A stretch of DNA of 62,271 bases, counting the filler, from Thermodesulfobacteriota bacterium (lineage in GTDB: Bacteria > DASVDK01), in NCBI GenBank assembly GCA_036381125.1. It is 5 parts of 5 records of this genome, joined end to end, with 100 filler letters (N's around TTAATTAATTAA, not from the genome) between each part and the next. Parts side by side here need not be neighbours in the genome. Positions count along the whole stretch, not along the records: positions 54,101 to 62,271 come from DASVDK010000012.1; 4 more parts are not named here. One strand, written 5' to 3'. Positions 55,164-62,271 of the stretch are shown in pieces. Both the position numbers and the translations under genes were made by a program. The notes below the pieces were generated by a model. It worked only from the letters and a program-made list of their open reading frames with translations. It searched no databases and was not told where the DNA came from. The number at the start of each line of letters is the position of its first letter. The first letter of the stretch is position 1.

Positions 55164-56482
55164 CGGCTTCCGACGCACGCGACGGCCTCGTCTACCGCGT
55201 GGACGACGCACCGCGCTCCGTGGCGCACTGGTTCATCTACACGGGGCAGTGGGTCGTGACGATGGTCTATGCCGCCGTCTGGGGCTACGCCGTCGTCGGA
55301 CGGGGACTCGCACTCGAGGGCGCGGACCTGGTGAACTACATGGTCCGCATCGTGTTCCTGACCGGCATCTGCACCCTGGCCCAGGCGTCGGTGGGGCACC
55401 GGTTCGCCATGGTCTCCGGGCCGAACATCATCCCCTCGCTGGCCATCCTCGTCGCGGCCTCGTCCGGCGGCCGGGACTACGCGCTGCAGAGCTTCACCGC
55501 CCAGGCCGTCGCGGGGGTCGTCGTCCTGGCGCTCGCGCTGACCGGCGCCCTCCGCCTCATCGAGCGGGTCTTCAGCCCCCTGGTGCTCGGGGCGATGATC
55601 ACGACGGTGGGCCTCGCCGTGGCAGGCACGGGGCTCGAGCAGATGACCACGGACGGCTTCGGCTGGCCGTTCTGGGCAGCGCTGGGGCTGGCGCTGGGGG
55701 CCGTCCTCCTGTCGATCCGCGGCACGGGTGTCCCGGCCACGTTGCCGACGCTCCTCGTCATCGCCGGCGGGTACGTCGTCTTCGGCCTGGCGGGCGCCCT
55801 GGACACCGACCTCATCGCGCTCGCGCCGACCGTCACCTGGCCGCGGCCGTTCGCCTTCGGGCTCGCGATGCCGCCCTGGGACCTCACCGTCACGATGCTC
55901 GTCGTGGCCCTGATGTCCGCCTTGAACCTCTACGGCAACGTCCAGGGCTACGCCGCGGTCGTGGGGGAGACCGTGGACGCGGACCGCCGCGCGCGGGCGT
56001 TCACCGTGTTCGGCGCGATGGAGAACGTCCTCGCGGGCATCTTCGCCGTGCCGGCGTACGTGCCGTACGGCGAGAACATCGGCATCGTGATGCTCACACG
56101 CGTCGCGGCTCGGCTCTTCATCGTCGCCGCCGCGATCGTCTTCGCGGCCCTGGCCTTCATCGGCCCCGTCGCGGGGCTCATGGCGGCCATGCCGCTGCCG
56201 GTCTCGGGAGCCGTCCTGCTCGGCATCGCCTCCACCGTCATCGGCCTCGGCGCGCAGACGTGGCTCAAGGCCCCCCGGTTCGAGAGTCGGGAGATCGCCA
56301 TCGTCGGCTTCGCCGTGTTCCTCGCGCTGGGGCTTTCCCTGCTGCCGGAGGAGCGGTGGGAGGCGGCCCCGCGGCTCGTCGCGACCGTCTTCAGCAACCC
56401 CGTCGTCAGCGTCATCCTCTTCGTCGTGTGCCTGGAGCGGATTCTGCTCCCGCCGCGCGGAGGCCAACGCGACGCGTCATGA
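55160..56482 (+). CDS. NCS2/xanthine-uracil family permease
   Basis: Multi-TM; YGENIGIVMLTRVAAR signature; MPLPVSGAV; ATGA coupling. Confidence 0.85.
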   Translation: MTASDARDGLVYRVDDAPRSVAHWFIYTGQWVVTMVYAAVWGYAVVGRGLALEGADLVNYMVRIVFLTGICTLAQASVGHRFAMVSGPNIIPSLAILVAASSGGRDYALQSFTAQAVAGVVVLALALTGALRLIERVFSPLVLGAMITTVGLAVAGTGLEQMTTDGFGWPFWAALGLALGAVLLSIRGTGVPATLPTLLVIAGGYVVFGLAGALDTDLIALAPTVTWPRPFAFGLAMPPWDLTVTMLVVALMSALNLYGNVQGYAAVVGETVDADRRARAFTVFGAMENVLAGIFAVPAYVPYGENIGIVMLTRVAARLFIVAAAIVFAALAFIGPVAGLMAAMPLPVSGAVLLGIASTVIGLGAQTWLKAPRFESREIAIVGFAVFLALGLSLLPEERWEAAPRLVATVFSNPVVSVILFVVCLERILLPPRGGQRDAS

Positions 56483-56533
56483 CCGCTCGCGCGCGGGGTG
56501 CGCCCCCGCGCCCGCCTACACAGGAGGACCGCC

Positions 56534-57487
56534 ATGAGCATGCCCGAAGCCGGACTCAAGCCGGCGCGAGACGTCGGCAAGGCCGAGGATCAGCCCGGAG
56601 CCGACCGCCCGAAGCTCCGCAACTACGAAGCGTTCATGGACCAGACGCGCCAGCAGGTGCTGGCCCGCGTGCAGGAGGCCTACGACCGGTTCCTGAAGAC
56701 GCGGGTGTGGGAGGTCCCCCAGTGGCTCTACGGGAAGCCGAAGGGGACCCTCTTCCAGGTCGAGGTCGAGGACAACCCGACGTTCGGCGAGACCGCCTGG
56801 CTCCAGTTCGACTCGGCCCGCACGGCGTTCGTCGTCATCGACATGCAGATCGACTTCGCCGGGAAGAACGGGTACGTGGACGTCATGGGCTACGACCTCG
56901 AGCTCACCGCCGCGGCGATCGCCCCCATCAAGAAGTGTCTGGACGCCGTCCGGGGCACCGACATCGAGATCGTGCACACCCGCGAGGGCCATCTGCCGGA
57001 CCTCTCCGACGCGCCGTTCAACAAGATCCTGCGCAGCAAGGTCATCGGCAAGGGGGTCGGCATCGGCGAGCAGCCCGAGGGGGGCATGGGGCGCCTGCTC
57101 ACCCGCGGCGAGCCCAACTGGGACATCGTGCCCGAACTCTATCCGAAGCCCGGCGAGGTCATCGTCGACAAGGCGGGCAAGGGCGTCCAGGGAAGCAGCA
57201 CGTTCTTCATGCAGTTGCAGAACCTGGACGTCACCCACCTCGTCATCACGGGCATCACGACGGACGTCTGCGTGAACACGATCATGACCGAGGCGAACGA
57301 CCTCGGCTACTGGTGCCTGCTCCTGAAGGACTGCACCGGCGCCACGCTGGAGAGCAACAAGGAGGCGACGATCACGCAGACGAAGATGCAGGGCGGCGTG
57401 TTCGGCTGGGTGTCCGACTCCGAGCGCTTCCTGAAGGGGCTCCGGGACGCGGGGATCACACCCGGCGGCGAGCACAGGATCTACTAG
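56534..57487 (+). CDS. Isochorismatase-family cysteine hydrolase, biuret hydrolase (BiuH)-like, with N-terminal extension
   Basis: IDMQIDF..KNGYVD.MGYDL, HTREGH.PDL, DKAGKG, GITTDVCV, KMQGGVFG; AGGAGG SD. Confidence 0.85.
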   Translation: MSMPEAGLKPARDVGKAEDQPGADRPKLRNYEAFMDQTRQQVLARVQEAYDRFLKTRVWEVPQWLYGKPKGTLFQVEVEDNPTFGETAWLQFDSARTAFVVIDMQIDFAGKNGYVDVMGYDLELTAAAIAPIKKCLDAVRGTDIEIVHTREGHLPDLSDAPFNKILRSKVIGKGVGIGEQPEGGMGRLLTRGEPNWDIVPELYPKPGEVIVDKAGKGVQGSSTFFMQLQNLDVTHLVITGITTDVCVNTIMTEANDLGYWCLLLKDCTGATLESNKEATITQTKMQGGVFGWVSDSERFLKGLRDAGITPGGEHRIY

Positions 57488-57520
57488 GAGCCGCCCGGCG
57501 GCCGATCCCCGCGCGCCCTC

Positions 57521-59269
57521 CTACCAGGCCAGGGCGTACGCCTCGCGGCGGGGGTCGGCGCCGGCGTGGAGGAGCCCGGTCGCGGGATCGCGCAGGACTG
57601 CGCAGACGCCGCCGCTCGTCCAGGGCCGGACCGGCCAGCGCTGCACGTCGTGGCCCAGGGCGGCGAGGGCCGACGCGGTCTCGGCCGGGATCTCCGCCTC
57701 GAGGTAGAGACGGCCCGGCGCGTAGTCGTGGGGCGCGAAGGAGTTGGGGAAGCTGAACGTCCCGAACCGCGGCGCCTCGATCGCCTGCTGGACCGCCATG
57801 CCGAACGCGTGGAGGTTGAGCAGCACCTGGAGCATGGCCTGGCACTGGATGTCGCCCCCCGGCGTGCCGAAGGCGAGGTGGAAACGGCCTTCGCGAAGGA
57901 CGAGGCCCGGGGTCGGCGTGAGCCGCGGCCGCTTGCCGGGGCGGACCGACGCGGGATGCTTCGGATCGAGGCGCGACTGGCTGCCCCGCGAGGAGACGGC
58001 GAGCCCGGTGCCCGGGACGATCGGCGTGTCGAAGGCGCTGTCGCTCAACGTCGCCGAGTAGGCGTTGCCGTGGCGGTCGACGACGCAGCCGTAGATCGTG
58101 TCGGGCGAGGCCGGCGCGGCGCGCCGGCCGCCCGGCCGCCCCGGCGGCGTCCCGCCGGCCCGGCCGGCGCCCGGCGGATCCCCGGGATCGGGCATCCGGC
58201 CGAAGGCGCGGCCGGGGTCGATCCGCGCCCGCTGCCGGGCCGCGTAGTCGGCCGAGAGGAGCCCGGCCACCGGCACGTCGACGAAGGCCGGGTCGCCGAC
58301 GTACGCCTCGCGGTCGGCGAAGGCGAGGTTCAGCGCCTCGGCCACGGTGTGCAGGTAGGCGGGCGAGTTGTGGCCGAGGGCCGCGAGGTCGACGCCGTCG
58401 AGGATGGCCAGCGCTTCGAGCAGCGTGATCCCCTGGCACCAGACGTCGCAGGCGTGCACCTCGAGGCCGCGCCACCTCACGCGGATGCTGTCCTCGACCG
58501 GGCAGGCGAAGCCGGCGAGGTCCGCCGCCGCGAGGAAGCCCCCCTCGCGCGCGTGGTAGGCGACGATCGCCTCGGCGACCGGGCCCCGGTAGAACGCGTC
58601 GTGCACGGCCGCGAGCCGGGCGTCTCGATCGCCCCGCGCGTGCCGCTCCGCGTCGATCAGGCGGTCGATCGTCCGCGCGAGGTCGGGCTGGCGGAAGACC
58701 TCCCCCACGGCCGGCGTCCGGCCGCCCGGGCGGAAGATGCGCGCGTTCTCGGGGTAGCGGCCGAGGCGGGCCGCGTTGCGCTCGATGCCGGCCGCGAGGA
58801 GGGGGTACATGGCGAAGCCGTCCCGGGCCAGCTCGAGCGCCGGCGTGGCCGCCTCCTCGAAGCTGATCGTGCCGAAGCGGCGCAGCGCCTCGATGTGGGT
58901 TGCCGGCGCCGCGGGGACCACCGTCCGGAGGATCCCCTCGGGGACGCTCGCGCCGCCGACCGCGGCGAGGCGGGCCACGTCCGTGGCGGCAGGCCAGTAT
59001 CCGAGCCCGGCGAGGCTCACGACGCGCGACTCGCGCGCCAGGTAGATCAGCGTCGGCGCGACCCCGGCGAACGACACGATGTCGGGCTGGAGCACGGCGA
59101 GCGCCATCGAGGCCGTCACGCCGGCGTCGACCGCGTTGCCGCCCCGGTCGAGCACCCGCATCGCCGCGACCGTGGCGAGGTAGTGGCCGGTCGAGGCCGC
59201 CTGATGGCGGCCCACCACCGTCGGCCGGTCGCTCGGCCGCGCCCGCTCCGCGACGGTTCCCTGTCGCAT
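57521..59269 (-). CDS. Gamma-glutamyltransferase family Ntn hydrolase
   Basis: GGNAVDAG, FRQPDLARTI, LAFADRE.YVGDP, DT nucleophile site, PGKRP, GTPGGD, ADPRR. Confidence 0.92.
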   Translation of the reverse strand: MRQGTVAERARPSDRPTVVGRHQAASTGHYLATVAAMRVLDRGGNAVDAGVTASMALAVLQPDIVSFAGVAPTLIYLARESRVVSLAGLGYWPAATDVARLAAVGGASVPEGILRTVVPAAPATHIEALRRFGTISFEEAATPALELARDGFAMYPLLAAGIERNAARLGRYPENARIFRPGGRTPAVGEVFRQPDLARTIDRLIDAERHARGDRDARLAAVHDAFYRGPVAEAIVAYHAREGGFLAAADLAGFACPVEDSIRVRWRGLEVHACDVWCQGITLLEALAILDGVDLAALGHNSPAYLHTVAEALNLAFADREAYVGDPAFVDVPVAGLLSADYAARQRARIDPGRAFGRMPDPGDPPGAGRAGGTPPGRPGGRRAAPASPDTIYGCVVDRHGNAYSATLSDSAFDTPIVPGTGLAVSSRGSQSRLDPKHPASVRPGKRPRLTPTPGLVLREGRFHLAFGTPGGDIQCQAMLQVLLNLHAFGMAVQQAIEAPRFGTFSFPNSFAPHDYAPGRLYLEAEIPAETASALAALGHDVQRWPVRPWTSGGVCAVLRDPATGLLHAGADPRREAYALAW

Positions 59270-59416
59270 GTCTGCCTCCTCGAACGCGCCACCGAATGGG
59301 CGCGCCTCGTCCTTCTCCAATGGCCGGCAGGGGCCTCCCGCCTGCGGCGGGGACCCATCGAGCGGGGATGGCGCGCCCCGCCGGCCCTCGACTCCACCCT
59401 GTTCGGCCGAGACGCC

Positions 59417-59440
59417 GGGAAAATGGAAAGGCCTGACCCC
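59417..59440. repeat. GGGGTCAGG-family intergenic repeat, single unit D
   Basis: gggaaaatggaaaggcctgacccc, 14 nt past the potC-like stop. Confidence 0.88.
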
Positions 59441-59454
59441 ACTCGAGGCAGATC

Positions 59455-60243
59455 CTACCGCCGAACCAGCCGGCCGAACCCCACGATCCGCTCGATGATG
59501 ACGACGGCCACGACGATCAGCGCCACCTGGATCGCCGAGGCGGCCGCGATGACGAGCTGGTCGCCCGGGAACTGGAGGTGGCTCAGGACCTCGATGGGCA
59601 GCGTCGTCGCGCCCGGCCCGGTCAGGAAGAGGTCCGCGTTCACCTCGCCGAACGACACGATGAAGGCGAAGAGTCCGCCCGCGACCACGCCGGGCCAGAC
59701 CAGCGGCAGCGTCACGAGGACGAACGTCCGGATGGGGCCGGCGCCGAGGCTCGCGGCCGCCTCCTCGATGGCGCGGTCGAAGGCGAGGAGGCTCGCGAGG
59801 GTCGAGCGGAAGCAGTAGGGGACCCCGATCAGGATGTGCGCCACGACGAGCGCCAGGACGCTCGGCATCCCGATGGCCCGGAAGAAGATGAGGAGCGCCA
59901 GGCCGAGGATGATCGTCGGGAAGACGAGCGGCGCGAGGAACATCCCCTGGAGCGCCGGACCGGAGCGGCTGCGCTCGCGGCCGACGAAGAGGGCGCCGAG
60001 CGTGCCGAGGAGCGACGCGGCGAGGCTCGAGACCACGCCGATCTCCAGGCTGAAGGCGAAGGCGCCGGTGAGCCCCTCGGAGCCGAAGAAGTCCCGGTAC
60101 CACCGCAGGGAGAGGCCGGGCGGCGGGAACGCGAAGCTGTCGACCGACGAGAAGGAGATGACGAGCACCACCACGATGGGGGCGAGGACCACGACGAACG
60201 CCACGGCGGTGGCGAGGTAGAGCGCGAGGGCGACCGCCGTCAT
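59455..60243 (-). CDS. ABC permease, PotC-like
   Basis: FPPPGLSLRWY, IEEAAASLGA, FIVSFGE, TTLP. Confidence 0.92.
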   Translation of the reverse strand: MTAVALALYLATAVAFVVVLAPIVVVLVISFSSVDSFAFPPPGLSLRWYRDFFGSEGLTGAFAFSLEIGVVSSLAASLLGTLGALFVGRERSRSGPALQGMFLAPLVFPTIILGLALLIFFRAIGMPSVLALVVAHILIGVPYCFRSTLASLLAFDRAIEEAAASLGAGPIRTFVLVTLPLVWPGVVAGGLFAFIVSFGEVNADLFLTGPGATTLPIEVLSHLQFPGDQLVIAAASAIQVALIVVAVVIIERIVGFGRLVRR

Positions 60244-61142
60244 CGGCCGCGCCCCTGCACGCGCTCCGGCCTGACGAGCGCGAGGAGGAGGCCCACTCCG
60301 GCGAGCCCCATCGCGAGCAGCACGAACGACAGCGCGGCAGCGCGGGGCCACTGGAAGGCGACGATCGTGTCGTAGACCAGGCTCACGAGGAGCTTGAAGC
60401 GAGGGCCGCCGAGGAGCGAGATCGTCACGTAGGCGCTGAGCGCGAGGAGGAGCACGAGAATGCAGCCGGTCGCGACGCCGGGGGACGAGAGCGGCAGCGT
60501 CACGTGGAGGAAGGTCCGGGCCGGGCTCGCGCCGAGCGACTGCGCCGCCTCGCCGTAGCTCCGGTCGATCGCCGTGAGGGCGTTGGTGATCGACACGATC
60601 ATGTACGGCAGCAGGATCGTCAGGAGCCCCACCACGACGGTCGTGAACGTGTAGAGGAGCGGCAGCGGGAAGTCGGCGAGGCCTACGGCGAGGAGCGCCT
60701 GGTTGACGATGCCGCGCCGGCCGAGGATGGCGATCCACCCGTAGGCGCGCACGACGTTGCTCACCATGAGGGGGAAGAGCAGCACGACGAGGCAGAGGAT
60801 CCGCCACTTCGGCGGCAGGCTCGCGATGGTGAGGGCGGCGGGGTACCCGAGGGCGAGCGTGGCCGCCAGGATGATGGCCGCTGCGAGCAGCGTGCGCCGG
60901 ATGATCGTCAGGTAGAAGGGGTCGGTGACGATCCTCGCGTAGTTCTCGATCGTGGCCGCGTTCTCGTAGAGGCTCGTCTGCGAGGGGGTGAGAAAGCTCA
61001 CGACCAGCAGGTAGACGAGCGGCGCCACGAAGAAGACGACGAAGAAGAGCACCGGCGGCAGGACGGCTGCGAGGGCCGCCGCGCGCGCGGCCGGCCAGCC
61101 GCGCCGCCTCCCGATCTTGGGTCCGGCGTCAGGCGAAGACAA
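60240..61142 (-). CDS. ABC permease, PotB-like
   Basis: LGYPAA, VVRAYGW, EAAQSLGA, VTLPLS.PG. Confidence 0.92.
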   Translation of the reverse strand: MSSPDAGPKIGRRRGWPAARAAALAAVLPPVLFFVVFFVAPLVYLLVVSFLTPSQTSLYENAATIENYARIVTDPFYLTIIRRTLLAAAIILAATLALGYPAALTIASLPPKWRILCLVVLLFPLMVSNVVRAYGWIAILGRRGIVNQALLAVGLADFPLPLLYTFTTVVVGLLTILLPYMIVSITNALTAIDRSYGEAAQSLGASPARTFLHVTLPLSSPGVATGCILVLLLALSAYVTISLLGGPRFKLLVSLVYDTIVAFQWPRAAALSFVLLAMGLAGVGLLLALVRPERVQGRGR

Positions 61143-62223
61143 CGGCGCTGTCCCGGTCCCAGGAGCAGGTGATCTCCGCTCCGGGGGCGAGCGCGATCGG
61201 CTCCGTGGACTGGTTCTGGAGGTAGGCGACGAGCGTGTGCCCGCCGACCTCGAGGTAGACGCTCGTCGAGACGCCGCGGTAGACGACGTTGCGGATGCGG
61301 GCCCGGATGCCGAGGTCGCCGCCGCTCGCGTGCAGGCGGATCTTCTCGGGACGGACGGCCACCCGGACCCGGGCCCCCTCGGGGTGGCGGCCGTCTCGCA
61401 CGAGGATCCGGCCGACGCCGAGGTCGACGATCGTCCCCTCGGGCGACCGGGCGCCGACCGTCCCCTCCAGGAGGTTGCTCACGCCGAGGAAGTCGGCCAC
61501 GAACTCGTTCGCCGGCCGCTCGTAGACCTCGCGCGGCGCGCCGACCTGCTGGATCTCCCCCTGGTTCATGACGGCGATCCGGTCGGACATCGTGAGCGCC
61601 TCTTCCTGGTCGTGCGTCACGAAAACGGTCGTCATCCCGACCTGCCGCTGCAGGTCTCGCAGTTCCACCTGCATCTCCTCGCGCAGCTTCTTGTCGAGCG
61701 ACCCGAGCGGCTCGTCGAGCAGCAGCACGGCCGGGCGCACCACGAGGGCCCGCGCGAGGGCGACCCGCTGCTGCTGCCCGCCGGAGAGCTGCTTCGGGTA
61801 GCGATCCTCGAGCCCCGAGAGCTTCACGAGGGCGAGCGCCTCGCGGACCTGCCGCTCGCGGTCGGCGCGCGGCACGCGCCGCATCCTGAGGCCGAAGGCG
61901 ACGTTGTCCGCCACGGAGAGGTGCGGGAAGAGGGCGAAGCTCTGGAAGACCATGCTGTAGTCGCGCCGGTACGGCGGCACGTCGGTGACCGCCCGGCCCC
62001 GGATGTAGACCTCGCCGGCCGACGGCCGTTCGAAGCCGGCCACGAGCCTGAGCGTCGTCGTCTTGCCGCAGCCGGAGGGTCCGAGGAGCGAGAAGAAGCA
62101 GCCCCGGGGGATCTCGAGCGAGACGTCGCGGACCGCCACGACGTCGCCGTAGGCTTTCCGGACCCGCTCGAGGCGGACGTCGACCTCGTCGTCGGGCATC
62201 CGGACCGCGCGGCTAGGCGGCAT
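61129..62223 (-). CDS. ABC ATP-binding protein, PotA-like (start may be 62199)
   Basis: GPSGCGKT, LSGGQQQRV, DEPLGSLD, VTHDQEEA, TOBE. Confidence 0.94.
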   Translation of the reverse strand: MPPSRAVRMPDDEVDVRLERVRKAYGDVVAVRDVSLEIPRGCFFSLLGPSGCGKTTTLRLVAGFERPSAGEVYIRGRAVTDVPPYRRDYSMVFQSFALFPHLSVADNVAFGLRMRRVPRADRERQVREALALVKLSGLEDRYPKQLSGGQQQRVALARALVVRPAVLLLDEPLGSLDKKLREEMQVELRDLQRQVGMTTVFVTHDQEEALTMSDRIAVMNQGEIQQVGAPREVYERPANEFVADFLGVSNLLEGTVGARSPEGTIVDLGVGRILVRDGRHPEGARVRVAVRPEKIRLHASGGDLGIRARIRNVVYRGVSTSVYLEVGGHTLVAYLQNQSTEPIALAPGAEITCSWDRDSAVVFA

Positions 62224-62271
62224 GGGACGCCCCTGCGGAGGCGAGCCGCCGGTCGACCTCGGCGACCCGCC

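Noticed and set aside
1-62271. tRNA, rRNA, integrase, phage or defence genes
   Set aside because: No recognisable signatures found by eye; a covariance-model scan was not possible

Overview
Very GC-rich bacterial DNA, probably from a draft or metagenome-assembled genome. It is five unrelated contig pieces (1-14562, 14663-24081, 24182-39959, 40060-54000, 54101-62271) joined by artificial 100-nt N44-TTAATTAATTAA-N44 linkers, so synteny across linkers means nothing. Content is mostly transport and small-molecule catabolism. Transport: ABC systems of NitT/TauT, Liv, Fbp/Pot types, a TctA-TctB fusion, a TAXI-TRAP, NCS2, MFS, DMT, RND and MscL. Catabolism: FAH, SDRs, MmgE/PrpD, LVIVD and DUF6282-like metalloproteins, nitrilase, lactonase-like MBL, CoA transferase, a frameshifted arylsulfatase, aminotransferase plus Kce/BKACE, a biuret-hydrolase-like enzyme and a GGT-family enzyme. 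There is also a redox/copper/stress block (osmC, OYE, TlpA, CsbD, CcmI-like, CopD-cytochrome c fusion, CopC). I saw no rRNA, tRNA, CRISPR array or intact transposase. The best unexplained signals are (i) a dispersed 24-nt GGGGTCAGG...TTTTCCA intergenic repeat on three contigs, (ii) an unannotated 25-codon peptide ORF with strong SD, GTGA-coupled towards tlpA, with an in-frame UGA followed by an RGPP motif, (iii) patchwork pseudogenes built from fragments of different domains, and (iv) several unusual fusions and orphan catabolic operons. All family calls are by-eye motif recognition, not database results.
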